Shown here one piece after another: positions 17,636 to 28,647 of a DNA stretch of 64,000 bases. The notes under the pieces were generated by a model. It searched no databases. It was not told where the DNA came from and was given only the letters and a program-made list of their open reading frames with translations. This DNA comes from Candidatus Hydrogenedentota bacterium (lineage in GTDB: Bacteria > Hydrogenedentota > Hydrogenedentia > Hydrogenedentales > SLHB01): the NCBI GenBank assembly GCA_963668025.2, contig CAXXTH010000010.1, positions 64,001 through 128,000 on the forward strand, given 5' to 3'. The number at the start of each line of letters is the position of its first letter. The first letter of the stretch is position 1. The translations under genes were made by a program, and so were the position numbers.

Positions 17636-19204
17636 TCATTCAAACTCCAAGGCGTACAACGAGGCCCCATCCATTTCCACCATCAGTGCAATCGGCGCTC
17701 CATTACATTTAGGAAGTGTTTCTGTTCCGCGCCAGCGGACTTGCATGCGATGGTGGTCGCCCACAATGGGAACCGCATCTTCCCACCCATACCCTGGCAA
17801 GGGCCGATCCCATTCGGCTCCTTCCAAGGCGATACGGATGCTTCCCGCGCGCTTGGTGCGCACATTCACATACAGGCGTTCGCCTGGCGGCTGGAAAGAC
17901 ATCGTCGTAAATGCTCCCCGCTCAGGCGATTCCACGGCGGAGATCCGGCCTCGATGCCACAAGGCGTAGCCCGTGCGCGGATTCCACTTACCCCTTGGGT
18001 ATTTATGGGGCAAGTCATATCCCGTATACGGAAGGGCGAAATCGCCGCCGGGCAATTCCACCAAGTTGGGAGAGGCGAATAGGCAGCCGCCATCCCACGC
18101 GCCAAAAGGAGCGGTTTCGAGCACGGGGCATCCAGGAACACGGTTCCACGCCCTGCCGTCAGGGCTGGTCCAAAACTCCAAGCAGGTGGTATCGGTGCTG
18201 GTGTCCCACACCGCAGGAAACATGGCATGGTGATCGCCTGTTCCTGGCAGCACGGTCCTGCAATTGGTATAAAACACCTCTGACGGGCCTCGTTCCGCGC
18301 CCGGGATCGCTAAGGATTCACTAATGGGAAATCGGCAGAAGTCATCTGATTCCGCCCGGCCAATCGAGCGGCGCAGGCTTGCCCACCAAATCTGTTGCGG
18401 TTCGAGTGCGTCATTGCATGGCTGGACCCGGCCCGGCCAATAGCGCGTATAGCACACATATTTGCCCAGCGCCTTGTCATAATATGCCGTAAGCTGGGTG
18501 TCTGAATGTTCGAGCGCCAGCGGTTCCGGCAGGTCCGTCCATTGCAAGCCATCCGGCGAGACCGCCCCTAGATTGGCAAAAATGTATCCTACATCGGGCC
18601 GCTCGCACCGCACATCGCATTCCCCCGGGCGCGCCGCTTTGCAGGTTTCGTAGGCCTCCCTGCTGATGCCGCCCGTGCCAATCCATTTATAGCGTTCCCC
18701 AGGCTCCGCCACGGGATCGACGAAAACCATTCCCCCCATGCCCGGCAACAGATTGTTATTCTTCGAGCCTTGAAAATTGACTAGGCCTACATCCGGCCGC
18801 CGCCATGCATAGCCGTCATCCGATTCGTAATAACAAAAGAATTGCTGGGCTTCCGATATGTCGCCATGAACCGCCTCGTTGCTGCATGTGCCCCAAGCGC
18901 GGAACAGGCCATTTTCCTGGATGATAGTGTGTATCAAGGTGCGGTTGGCTTCCCATGGCAGCTCTGGCTGCAAAATTGGCCCTGTGCGCACCGCCGGCTG
19001 CGCCTTGATGTGAATGCCCCATGGCCTGGAGAACGTGCGGAAGTGGGCTTCAAACGGCCCTTCATCGCCCGATACGGAAACCAGTTCACCGGCGCTGTTG
19101 TACCATCCGAAATTACAGGGCCGGATATAGGTCCAATCCGTGAAGATGATCCGTTTCCCTTCGAGAATATAGGGCTCACCCCACAGTTGTTTTTTCATTT
19201 GCAT
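17636..19204 (-). CDS. Hypothetical protein, probable beta-propeller glycoside-hydrolase-like fold
   Basis: Repeated Asp-box SxDGxxW motifs (ESDDGYAW, SPDGLQW, SPDGRAW); start taken at the ATG after GGGAG. Confidence 0.55.
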   Translation of the reverse strand: MQMKKQLWGEPYILEGKRIIFTDWTYIRPCNFGWYNSAGELVSVSGDEGPFEAHFRTFSRPWGIHIKAQPAVRTGPILQPELPWEANRTLIHTIIQENGLFRAWGTCSNEAVHGDISEAQQFFCYYESDDGYAWRRPDVGLVNFQGSKNNNLLPGMGGMVFVDPVAEPGERYKWIGTGGISREAYETCKAARPGECDVRCERPDVGYIFANLGAVSPDGLQWTDLPEPLALEHSDTQLTAYYDKALGKYVCYTRYWPGRVQPCNDALEPQQIWWASLRRSIGRAESDDFCRFPISESLAIPGAERGPSEVFYTNCRTVLPGTGDHHAMFPAVWDTSTDTTCLEFWTSPDGRAWNRVPGCPVLETAPFGAWDGGCLFASPNLVELPGGDFALPYTGYDLPHKYPRGKWNPRTGYALWHRGRISAVESPERGAFTTMSFQPPGERLYVNVRTKRAGSIRIALEGAEWDRPLPGYGWEDAVPIVGDHHRMQVRWRGTETLPKCNGAPIALMVEMDGASLYALEFE

Positions 19205-19232
19205 GCTTTCATTAACTCCCAATAGGTTATTA

Positions 19233-20165
19233 TTATTGTTCCCCTTCCCAGAAGAGGTGGAATGCTTTCGCAAACTCCGCCTGCAATTCCTGGCTCACGG
19301 GATAATACGGAGCTTTGGTGAGGCCTGAATCTGCAAGAAATCCGCTCAATTGTCCCCGTGCTTTGCCGACTATCCCATGCAAATGCCCCGCATTACGGAT
19401 AGGCTGGGTATAGCGAACTTCCCATTCGAGCAAGCGTTTCTGCATCGCGATGGCCTCGCGCCACTCCTGCGCCAGGCAGTAATCCATACAACGCCTGGTC
19501 CAGTGAGGTAGGGTATTCGCCCAGTAACTGCATGTCCCCGCCGCGCCAAGCATCATTGCGAACACCGTCGTGTAGTCCACCGCCAGATGGGCGATGTCTG
19601 GCGTACTAGAAATAACTTCCGCCATTTCCAATACATTCATGGTGCCCATCTTCGAGCCAATGAGCTGGCGGGGATGAGCCGCGCGAATGCGGGCGTAATC
19701 CACTCCGCGTAACACAGGCTGTGCGCGGACGGTGTTGTAATGGATCCAGCGCGCTTCCGGTGCGGCGGCGGCCAGATCATCCCAGAACTGTTCGACATCG
19801 CCCGGTGCGAGCGGCATCCAGAAAGGAAACGCAATGTGAAAACAGTTGATGCCATGTTCAAGGCAAGCATGAATCCGATCAATAATCCCCTGGGTGCTGC
19901 ACCACGTCACGCCCATGGCCGCGGCCATATTCACTTCCGACATCGCTTGGGCGAATGTTTTCACCATCTCGGTGAATTGCGCCAGCTCCAAGGCGTAGAA
20001 CTCCCCATCGCTATCAGTGGTGTACACACCATCCATAGGTACTCTAGCGCACCGTCCTACATTGATCCGGATGCCGTCGTGATCCAATCCGCCGTCCGAT
20101 TTCCAAGGCGTGGGGATGGCTGCCCATAATCCAGTGATGTCTTGGGGCGTATCAATTTGTTTCAT
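19233..20165 (-). CDS. Dihydrodipicolinate synthase (DHDPS/NAL) family aldolase/dehydratase
   Basis: AAIPTPW, DGEFYAL, IHYN and Schiff-base GSK motifs. Confidence 0.8.
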   Translation of the reverse strand: MKQIDTPQDITGLWAAIPTPWKSDGGLDHDGIRINVGRCARVPMDGVYTTDSDGEFYALELAQFTEMVKTFAQAMSEVNMAAAMGVTWCSTQGIIDRIHACLEHGINCFHIAFPFWMPLAPGDVEQFWDDLAAAAPEARWIHYNTVRAQPVLRGVDYARIRAAHPRQLIGSKMGTMNVLEMAEVISSTPDIAHLAVDYTTVFAMMLGAAGTCSYWANTLPHWTRRCMDYCLAQEWREAIAMQKRLLEWEVRYTQPIRNAGHLHGIVGKARGQLSGFLADSGLTKAPYYPVSQELQAEFAKAFHLFWEGEQ

Positions 20166-20669
20166 GGCAGATGATTCCTTCTAATGTGTTTTTTATCAAA
20201 TAAAGCGATGAAACCAGCATGGCGAAAATATAGACGGCGTTGATTGCATGCAGCGGCAACGCAGACCTTTGCGCCACTCCCAAATCATACCTTTCCGTTT
20301 CCACTGCTTCACTTCCCGCATAAATGTAACGTCAAACATATCTACCGGCGCTAACTCTCTTACATAATCAAGCAATAGAAGATGGGCGCTTTCATCACGT
20401 TGTTCCTAATCAAATCGATGCACTGTTTGAAGGACGGCTTCAGCGGCATCCACGGAAGGCGCTTCCGCGTATATGAACAACCTGCGGGGATCCAGCGCGT
20501 TGCACAAAATACCGAGTTCATGCGGCAGATCGGCTTGCCCGCCGTGGCTGCCCGCGTAAAGCAACTGGACGGATTTGCCCGCGTCTTGAATGCGCTTGAG
20601 CAATGGCAGCCATTGGCTCGGAAGCGGAGCGCCAGCGCCCTGAATCCATTGAATACAGTTCAACTTTTC

Positions 20670-22197
20670 GTAACACTTTAGCCGTCTGGCGCAACTATAA
20701 GTAGCGTTTCGGTATAATATAGTTACAAGATGTTGTGGTTTTGGGCCAAGACGCCATGGCGACGGCAATAAGTGGCATTCCATTGGGACCGCTGCTCTCG
20801 GAGGAGCAAGCCCGAGCGATCTACGCATTGGGCGAAGATGCCGTGGTGTTTGCCCTGTTGGCGCAATCCAAGCTGCTGTCGGAGCAGCAGGCCGAGGCGG
20901 CGTTCACTTCCCACCAAACGCCCTCCACCCCTTCGGGCATGCAGCCAGTTTACGGGAAACCCCAGACGCCTGTGCGCGGCAAGAAAAAGCCGGGACGCAA
21001 GATGGGCCACCCCGGCAGCCGGCGCGTGCCGCCCGAACGTATCGACCGGCGTGAAACACACCGCACCAAGGTGTGTCCCGACTGCGGCGGGCCGCTGGAC
21101 CGCCGCGCGGAGACCCGCACGCGCTACACCGAAGACATACCCGAAGGCATCCGTCCGGAAATCACCGAGCATACCATTCACCGCGACTGGTGTCCGCGAT
21201 GCAAGAAGAAAGTCGAGCCGGTTGTGGCGGCGGCCTTGCCGGGCGCGACCCTGGGCAACCGGGTGCTGGTCCTCAGCGCGTGGCTGCACTATGTGTTGGG
21301 CAACACGCTTTCGCAAATCGTGGAGGTCTTCGATTTCCACCTGCTTTTCCAGGTCACGCCGGGCGGGCTGCTGCACATGTGGCGCAGGCTGGCGGAGATT
21401 CTCCTGCCTTGGTACGAGGCCATTCACCAGGAAGCGCTGGACTCGGCGGTGCTCAACGCCGACGAGACCGGCTGGCGCGTGAATGGCAAGACCCGATGGC
21501 TGTGGTGTTTCGCCACCAAAGGGCTGAGCTTTTTCCTGATCGACCATTCGCGGGGGAGTCCGGCGCTCCAGCAGTTCTTCACGCGGGAATTCGCCGGAAC
21601 GCTGGTGGCCGACTTCTGGGCCGCGTACAACGCCGTGGCGTGCGCCGCCCGGCAGAAGTGCCTCGTGCATTTGTTGCGCGAACTCGAGCACGTGGAGAAA
21701 TACAAATCGCCCAGCCCGGCCTGGCCCGCCTTCGCCAAAAAGCTGCGCCGCCTGATTGCCGACGCCATCCGGCTGTGGCGGCGGCGCGGCGAGCTCGAAC
21801 CGGAGGCGTACGACTCGCGCCGCGCGCGCTTCGCCCGGCGCTTGCGGGACTTGTGCGATACGCCCTGGGAGGACGCCAACGCCAAGCGCCTCATAAAAAG
21901 GCTGCGCCGACACCAGGATGAACTCTTCACTTTTCTCGGCCAATCAGATGTTCCCTTCGACAACAACTTGGCGGAACGCTCCATCCGTCCTGCCGTTATC
22001 CTGCGCAAAAACAGTTACTGCAACCGCAGCGACCAAGGAGCCGCCATACAAGCGGTGCTCATGAGCGTCTTCTTTACTTTGAAAAAACGCGGGCAAAACC
22101 CCGTCTGCACCGTCTGCAACGCCCTGGTCCACTACCTCAACACCGGCCAATTGCCTCCCCTGCCACCGGAAAACACTTCAGTCGGCTAAAGTGTTAC
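20670..22197 (+). mobile_element. IS66-family element, single-ORF (ISBst12-like) type
   Basis: 15-bp TIR GTAACACTTTAGCCG/CGGCTAAAGTGTTAC and exact 8-bp TSD AACTTTTC at 20662-20669 and 22198-22205. Confidence 0.95.
20756..22189 (+). CDS. tnpC: IS66 TnpC transposase
   Basis: CPDCG...CPRC zinc finger; ADETGWRV, QKCLVHLLR and DNNLAERSIR motifs. Confidence 0.95.
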   Translation: MATAISGIPLGPLLSEEQARAIYALGEDAVVFALLAQSKLLSEQQAEAAFTSHQTPSTPSGMQPVYGKPQTPVRGKKKPGRKMGHPGSRRVPPERIDRRETHRTKVCPDCGGPLDRRAETRTRYTEDIPEGIRPEITEHTIHRDWCPRCKKKVEPVVAAALPGATLGNRVLVLSAWLHYVLGNTLSQIVEVFDFHLLFQVTPGGLLHMWRRLAEILLPWYEAIHQEALDSAVLNADETGWRVNGKTRWLWCFATKGLSFFLIDHSRGSPALQQFFTREFAGTLVADFWAAYNAVACAARQKCLVHLLRELEHVEKYKSPSPAWPAFAKKLRRLIADAIRLWRRRGELEPEAYDSRRARFARRLRDLCDTPWEDANAKRLIKRLRRHQDELFTFLGQSDVPFDNNLAERSIRPAVILRKNSYCNRSDQGAAIQAVLMSVFFTLKKRGQNPVCTVCNALVHYLNTGQLPPLPPENTSVG

Positions 22198-23102
22198 AAC
22201 TTTTCAATACGCAGTATTCTATCTAGATGGGCGGCGCAGCCGGGGCCGTCTAAATGGAAAATGCTCACGTCCGCATGGTTGCAGGTTTCCACCGTATCGC
22301 GCCAGCAAAAGGCATCGAACATCCCGGGGCTGATCATGCAGGTGAAATCATTCTGCCCGATGCAGACAAACCGGCGCTGGCTCCAGCCGCCTGTCCAATT
22401 GGTGGTCCCCTGGCCTGCGGGGAGGATAATCTCGGACGCCACATCCACCACATATTTGAACAGCGCCGTCATTTGCTTCATAGCGCGATGGATGGCATCC
22501 GGCTGCGCCAGCAGGTCCATGGCCAGCCGTTCGCCGCCACGGATGGCGCTCAAGGCGTCAATGCCGGTATGCAAATCGGGATAGGGCGTCACCCACTTGT
22601 CTTTGCCCCGCTCGACGCAGCGCCGGAGCATATCGAGATAAAGCCGCCACCAAGGATTATCGGGTGCGATGTGGAACTCGGGAAAATCGTTCCAATCCTC
22701 GACAAAAGGCTTCACCCACGAGGTGTACTCGCGCGGCTTCAGCTCCATCTCCGCGCCAAGCCATGCGGCGAACTGGTCCGGTCCCAGCCAGGGATTGCTG
22801 ATCGGCAAGGCATCGCCGCCATACCACGTCCGGGCAAGCCGGTCTTCCGTGGCGGCCACGAAATAATCGAGGTCCGTCCACAATGCTTCATCGGAACTCG
22901 GCTCCTGTGGAGGCATTCCGGTTTTCGCGTTGGGAACCGTCAGCCACAACAAGGGCGGCCCATCCAGCGCGCCATCCCAGAACGCCTCATTGCGTTCGAG
23001 GGCGCGGTTGAGCTGCTTTTCTTTAATCCAAGGCGTTTGCATGATCTTTCACTTTTTTTGATCCGGCTGCCCTTTTCTGCCGCCACTTCCATGAAAACAG
23101 GC

Positions 23103-24743
23103 CTATTCCATTCGGGCCAGTTCGGCCCACAACGCCGCGCATGCCGCCCATGCCGCAGGCCAGAAGGTTTGATCACGGCCCGCGAAAAGCGCGCTAAGCC
23201 CGAAGGCCTTGTCGCCCATCCACGTGATGGTGTAACCATTATCGAGCTGGTATTGCGTGACTGCATTCGCGGCGGCACAGGTGCGCTCGAGCCAGTGTTC
23301 ATCCTTGGTGAGCCGGTAATAGGCGAGCATGGCGGACGCCCAATGGGCGGTATGAAAATCCATGGGAATCCAGGGCCGCGTCTCCTCGCAGAAACTGCCT
23401 GGATTACTCTGTTCGATACAGACGGGATAATACGTTTCATAGGGGAACAGCGGATCGCTTCCATACAGGCAGAATTGATTGTCGTTCCAATTGAACTGCT
23501 CGCGAACCGCCTCCACCGTATTCGGAGCGATGTCCGGATGCGCGCATAGATAGCGGATGAATTGGAAGAGATCCCAGTTGCACAGCCCTTTATACGGATT
23601 TTCCAGCGTCGCGGTAGCGTCGAAATCATCATAATTCGTGACCCATGCGAAAGTGCGCATGGGGTGGCGCATCATCCAGGCCACGGCCTTCTCGCGGGCG
23701 GCATCCCAGCGGGCATCGGGACGATGCCGGGCAAGCCGTTCCAGAAACGACGCCACGGACACGGCTGAAGTCGCATAATCGCCCAGGACTTCGCCAGTCA
23801 AGCCATCCACGCGCGCGGGCCACGAGCCATCCGGGCGCTGGGTCTTGACATAGTACTCGGCCATGACGAGGGCCGCATCGAGATAGGGCTCCTCTTCGAG
23901 CATCTCGAAAACTTTGACCAAGGCCTCCGCGGCGAGTCCTGTTTTTCCAGGCTCGACCACACGCTGCATTTTCGCGGCGTATTCGCCTTCGGCATCGGCG
24001 TAGCCCAATGCGGGGCCGCCATCGATATTACAACAGCCGCGCATCATGCCTGCGCAGGCATGGCCTTCCGGCAAGCGGCAGAGCAGCAGATGATCACCCA
24101 CGGAGCGCGCGTAACGCAGGATTTGCCCTTGGCGTTTCTGATCCGCCAGCGGCATCAGGTTTTCCAGCATGCACATATGCAGCCAATTGTGCAGGCTGGG
24201 AAAAGAGCGGGCATCCGTGTGGCCGTCAGAGAGGATGATTCCAGCCCGGATCAAAGGCAGGATGCCTGCAATCGGCCCGCTGCGGGCCATGGGTTGATCC
24301 GGTGGGAATTGGAAATGATACAACGCATCAAAAGCGAGCCAGGCCGCGTCGATGTAAGAGCGGCGCGGCGTGGCCGTACCTGCGGGATTATAATCAGGCG
24401 CTACGTAAATCGGGAACAGCCGGCTCAAGGCGATCCGCTTGTCTTCCACATCAAACGCTTGGATGACTACATTCGCTTTTCCGGGTTTGATGCATTCCCA
24501 ACCTTTGGATATATAACAAGGGCTTTCCACGGCCCGCGTAATTCCTAGCACGCTTTCTCCCTGGAGCAGCAGCAATTCATACCGCGCCGCCCCCTCCACC
24601 GGCTTCCATTCCACGCGCGGCGCATGGACATACCGGCGTCCCAGGGCGAAATATCCTGACGGCTCGATTGTCGCCAAAGGCGCGTATGCCTCGATAGACC
24701 GGTAATCCAGCAAGGGAAGCTGGATGATATGACCTGTACTCAT
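23103..24743 (-). CDS. Hypothetical protein, probable (alpha/alpha) toroid enzyme
   Basis: 546 aa ORF in the operon with QxxDGSW-type repeats (TQRPDGSW, YQLDNG). Confidence 0.55.
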   Translation of the reverse strand: MSTGHIIQLPLLDYRSIEAYAPLATIEPSGYFALGRRYVHAPRVEWKPVEGAARYELLLLQGESVLGITRAVESPCYISKGWECIKPGKANVVIQAFDVEDKRIALSRLFPIYVAPDYNPAGTATPRRSYIDAAWLAFDALYHFQFPPDQPMARSGPIAGILPLIRAGIILSDGHTDARSFPSLHNWLHMCMLENLMPLADQKRQGQILRYARSVGDHLLLCRLPEGHACAGMMRGCCNIDGGPALGYADAEGEYAAKMQRVVEPGKTGLAAEALVKVFEMLEEEPYLDAALVMAEYYVKTQRPDGSWPARVDGLTGEVLGDYATSAVSVASFLERLARHRPDARWDAAREKAVAWMMRHPMRTFAWVTNYDDFDATATLENPYKGLCNWDLFQFIRYLCAHPDIAPNTVEAVREQFNWNDNQFCLYGSDPLFPYETYYPVCIEQSNPGSFCEETRPWIPMDFHTAHWASAMLAYYRLTKDEHWLERTCAAANAVTQYQLDNGYTITWMGDKAFGLSALFAGRDQTFWPAAWAACAALWAELARME

Positions 24744-24764
24744 GTGGACTCCTTCCCCATCAAG

Positions 24765-25886
24765 TTAAATTGACGAATCCCCCGGCATGGGCCGTCCAAA
24801 GGCATGTAATAGACGCATCACATATTCGTACCGTTCCACGGAGATATCACCTGATACCGAATGGGAAGCCACGATGACTCCGCCCTCTTGCGCCACGTCC
24901 ATGAGCCGGGTGATGTGCTCCTCGACTTCCCGCTCGGTTCCAAACGGCAGAATGTGTGAATTGCACATGCCGCCAAACAACGCCAGCCGTTTGCCGTACC
25001 GGTTTCTCAGTTCCACTACATCCATGTTGGCCCGGGGCTCGACGGGATTGATCGCGCCGATGCCCGCATCGACGAGGCCGTCCAGCAATAGGCGGATATC
25101 CCCATCGGAATGAAGGCCGACAAATGGAGCGCCCGCTTCTTTGAATGCCGCCGCCATGCGGCGGATAGCGGGCAGGATTAATTGCTCATACGCATCCGGG
25201 GAAATCAGCGGCCCCGCATTCGACGCCACATCATCGAAAATCCAGATGCTTGGCTGCTCGATGCCGCTACGCCGGATAGCTTCGGAGCCGACTTCGATCA
25301 GATGGCTGGCGACGCGTTCTATCAGCGCCGAGGCAAATGCCGGGTCTTCCATGATGTCCAGGTACCACTGCACTTCACCACGTAGAAAACTCGAACGGAG
25401 ATACGGCCCCCCGATTTTGATGAACACATACGGATCCGGCAAAACACTCCGCGCCCAGGCGATGCCATTCAGCATGGCCGTATACCGGCTATCGAGGCGC
25501 GGCGATTCAAATTCGAATGTATCCAGCAGGCGTTTTTCCGAGAGCGGAACCTCGAGCGGTTCTCCATATGGGCTGGCGGCTGTCCGGCGCACCATGCGCC
25601 CCCAGTCATCCCGCTGTACAATGTAGCGGCCATCGGAAGATAGGAGCTCCGCCTTGCTGGGCCAAGGGGCTTCCACTGGACCTACCTTCTGTAGATCAAC
25701 GTGATAATGAACCAACAACTCGGCGCAATTCGACGTGACATCGTCCATGGGAATGCCCTCAAGTGTTGGAAGGTCATGGACACTGCGCCAGGCGTTTACA
25801 AAATCCCCCCAATATTGGTCATATAAAGGAACATAATCGCGGCTAGAGAAAGCAAACGTGGCAAGCGTACGTTCTCTTGATGTCAT
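24765..25886 (-). CDS. Uroporphyrinogen decarboxylase family protein
   Basis: MTSRER start; FDDVAS...LISP, HSDGDI, INPVE and GGVIVASHSV motifs. Confidence 0.85.
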   Translation of the reverse strand: MTSRERTLATFAFSSRDYVPLYDQYWGDFVNAWRSVHDLPTLEGIPMDDVTSNCAELLVHYHVDLQKVGPVEAPWPSKAELLSSDGRYIVQRDDWGRMVRRTAASPYGEPLEVPLSEKRLLDTFEFESPRLDSRYTAMLNGIAWARSVLPDPYVFIKIGGPYLRSSFLRGEVQWYLDIMEDPAFASALIERVASHLIEVGSEAIRRSGIEQPSIWIFDDVASNAGPLISPDAYEQLILPAIRRMAAAFKEAGAPFVGLHSDGDIRLLLDGLVDAGIGAINPVEPRANMDVVELRNRYGKRLALFGGMCNSHILPFGTEREVEEHITRLMDVAQEGGVIVASHSVSGDISVERYEYVMRLLHAFGRPMPGDSSI

Positions 25887-26036
25887 AATAGGGGCCTCTT
25901 CACTTGATTAAATCAATTATAATAACTATAAGGTTATGATTTATGTCATATATTTGCATGAATGACTTGGGATGTCAACATAAAATATGGGAACTGCCAA
26001 AAAGCGGTATGAACACAGGGAAAGGCATTTACGGGC

Positions 26037-27092
26037 ATGCAGATCACGAAACAAATAATTGCATCACTTCCGCTGGCTTACAGCATTGCCGTGATTCCTC
26101 CTGAGCAGCCAGGCGGGCCGGTTTCCATCGCGGCGGGCAGCGAGGGGGATGGGCCTTTACTCTACATGCCATATCCGGGCGCGGAACCGGAAGTGCTGGC
26201 CAGCGCCCCGGGCGGTTTCATCAGCTTGCAGCCGTGGCTTTCATTGCAAGGACGTTTTCTGCTCGCATCGACTGATTTCAAGCCCACATTCCAGGCCGCC
26301 GAGTGCTCGCTCTGGGCCTATCCGCTCGATGCGGCGCAAGGCCAGCCGCCCATTTGCCTGGGTGCGATGCCCTACGCCCACCGAATCGCTGCCGCCATAT
26401 GCCACAGAAAGCCCATGCTGCTGGCGTCCACTCTATGCAGCGGAAAGGCATATAGAGAGGATTGGTCCCAGCCTGGCGGGATTTTCATGGCGCGGCTCCC
26501 CGAAACACTTGGCGGCTCATTGGAGTGGCGGCAGCTCGCACACGGCCTCACCAAAAATCACGGCATGGATTACGCCCAACTGGGCGGCGCGTATGGAAAT
26601 GGGTATCTGGTCTCGGCGATGGAAGGGCTTTTCTTCTTACGGCTCCCAGATGATCTCGGTGCGAAATGTCGGCTCGAACAACTCGCCGAAGGAGAACATA
26701 GCGACGCCTTCGCTTTCGACTGGCGCGGCTGCGGCGTAGCGGATGTATTCGCCATACGCCCTTTCCATGGCCACATCCTAAGCCGGTACCGATTCGAGGG
26801 TGGCGTGTGGCGCGAACGCATCATCGCGGATGACTTGCCTTTCGGCCATGTGGTGTGGGCGGGCATTTTTTTGGGCAAGCCCGCGTTGATCGCAGGAGCC
26901 CGGCGCGGCGCGGAAGATTTGCGCCTGTATCGCACCTCCAATCCCGACGCGGACGTTTTCACTCATGAGCTCATCGATGAAGGCGTCGGTGCGGCCCAGC
27001 TCCAGGTGGTTGCATCCTCGCCAGACCGCGCCCAGTTGTTCGTATCCGGACGCGGCATGGGACAAGTGCTGGTGTATACTTGCACGCGGTAA
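26037..27092 (+). CDS. Hypothetical protein, probable beta-propeller
   Basis: 351 aa ORF divergent from the URO-D operon; IRPFHGH and GHVVWAG blade-like motifs. Confidence 0.55.
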   Translation: MQITKQIIASLPLAYSIAVIPPEQPGGPVSIAAGSEGDGPLLYMPYPGAEPEVLASAPGGFISLQPWLSLQGRFLLASTDFKPTFQAAECSLWAYPLDAAQGQPPICLGAMPYAHRIAAAICHRKPMLLASTLCSGKAYREDWSQPGGIFMARLPETLGGSLEWRQLAHGLTKNHGMDYAQLGGAYGNGYLVSAMEGLFFLRLPDDLGAKCRLEQLAEGEHSDAFAFDWRGCGVADVFAIRPFHGHILSRYRFEGGVWRERIIADDLPFGHVVWAGIFLGKPALIAGARRGAEDLRLYRTSNPDADVFTHELIDEGVGAAQLQVVASSPDRAQLFVSGRGMGQVLVYTCTR

Positions 27093-27107
27093 TCAGTAGA
27101 TAGTCTA

Positions 27108-28339
27108 GTACCCCGTAAGTCCTAAAAGGCTGAATAAAAAAGTGTATCTTGCCGATATATCCAGAGGGAGGAATGGGTCTTTCCTTTGGAGGATAACGGC
27201 AATGCCCACAAAGCGATACGTGGTTCGGTTGACAGAAGAGGAGCGCCAGCAACTCCATGGCTTGGTAAGCAAGGGCAAGGCGGCGGCATACAAAATCAGG
27301 CATGCCAACATCCTGCTCAAGGCGGATTGCGACGGGCCGAATTGGAAGGACGAACAGATAGCCGAAGCCTTTGGCTGCCACCGCACCACGGTGGAAGAGG
27401 TGCGCAAGCGGCTGGTTACGCAAGGCATCGAATCCGCCCTGGGCCGCAAGAAGCGGGAAACGCCGCCGACCCCGCGCCGACTCGACGCCGAAGCCCGGCT
27501 GGTTGCCATCGCCTTCGGAAAAGCTCCGGAAGGCCGGGCGAAATGGACCATGCGGCTCTTGGCGGACAAACTGGTGGAATTGGGGATCGTGGATTCGGTC
27601 TCGCACACGACCGTCTGGGAGACGCTTAAAAAAACGAACTCAAGCCGCACTTGCGGAAATGCTGGGTGATACCGCCGAAGCAGGATGGCGAGTTCGTGGC
27701 GGCGATGGAAGACGTACTTGAAGTCTATAAGCGCGGCCGGAACCGAGAGTATCCGCTGGTGTGCATGGACGAACAACCGACGCAGCTCTTGAAGGAGACG
27801 CGAACGCCCTTGCCCGCCGAACCTGGGGAACCGGCGAAACACGACTACGAATACGAGCGCAATGGCACAGCGGCGAACTTCATGTTCACCGCGCCATTGG
27901 AAAACTGGCGGCGGGTGAGTGTGCGGGAGCGCAAGACGAAAATCGATTGGGCACAGGAAATCCGCCAGCTTGTCGATACGGATTTTCCCGAGGCGTCAAA
28001 GATCGTGCTGGTGATGGACAACCTGAACACGCACACGCCGGGGGCGCTATACGAGGCGTTTGCGCCGCAAGAGGCGCGCCGAATTCTGGAGCGGCTGGAG
28101 ATTCATTACACGCCGAAGCACGGGAGTTGGCTGAACATGGCGGAGATCGAGTTGAGCGTGTTCACGCGACAGTGCCTGGACCGGCGCATGCCGGATCTGG
28201 CGACGTTGCGTTCGGAGGCGGTTGCGTGGAACGCGAGCCGGAACGATTCGGGGATAGGTGTGGATTGGCACTTCACAACCTCCGACGCCCGGGTAAAACT
28301 AAAACGGCTTTATCCCTTAATTAAGGGCTGACAAGGTAC
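27108..28339 (+). mobile_element. IS630-family insertion sequence
   Basis: TIRs GTACCCCGTAAGTCCTAA/TAAGGGCTGACAAGGTAC, inserted at CTAG with TA duplication. Confidence 0.9.
27202..28331 (+). CDS. IS630 transposase, two ORFs joined by a -1 frameshift
   Basis: orfA 27202-27669 (HTH), slippery AAAAAAAC at 27628-27635, orfB with MDE, MDNLNTH and SWLNMAEIE. Confidence 0.9.
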
Positions 28340-28347
28340 TAGAGGCT

Positions 28348-28647
28348 ATGGAAAAAGGGCTTGAGGCGCAGCTTCGGGCGGTGCGCCGTCTGCGTAGGGG
28401 GGAAGAATCCAGGGAGGAGCCACGACCCAGAACAAGTATGTCGCAAGTAGATATGGCATATGACATACTCTTGAGGGCCGCTCATCCCCTTCATGTCAAT
28501 GAGATCCTGAGTCGCATTCATGCGGTCTTCGGCATTACGGTGGACCGGGAAAGCCTGGTGTCTTCCCTCACCAAAAAGGTGGCTCGGGAAGACCGCTTTG
28601 TCCGCGCGGACAAGAACACCTTCGGACTCAAAGGAGGCAAGCGATGA
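28348..28647 (+). CDS. Small winged-HTH (HARE-HTH-like) protein coupled to the transposase
   Basis: AYDILLRAAHPLHVNEIL...FVRADKNTFGL; stop overlaps the transposase start (ATGA). Confidence 0.6.
   Translation: MEKGLEAQLRAVRRLRRGEESREEPRPRTSMSQVDMAYDILLRAAHPLHVNEILSRIHAVFGITVDRESLVSSLTKKVAREDRFVRADKNTFGLKGGKR

Larger units (their letters stand above)
20406..23042 (-). pseudogene. URO-D/MtaA-like (cobalamin methyltransferase superfamily) gene split by IS66
   Basis: PDLHTGIDALSAIRG, NDFTCMISP and FHLDG; the frame rejoins as IEKL/NCIQWIQGAG once the IS and one TSD copy are removed. Confidence 0.8.

Noticed and set aside
19205-19273. Poly-Asn N-terminal extension of the 545-aa ORF
   Set aside because: It arises from an AT-rich gene junction overlapping the upstream stop; the RBS supports a start at 19204.
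20723-21943. 406-aa antisense ORF in IS66 (likewise 22254-23549, 31989-32894, 31993-33198, 43182-44786, 58868-59728)
   Set aside because: Shadow frames of well-supported GC-rich genes, with no recognisable motifs.
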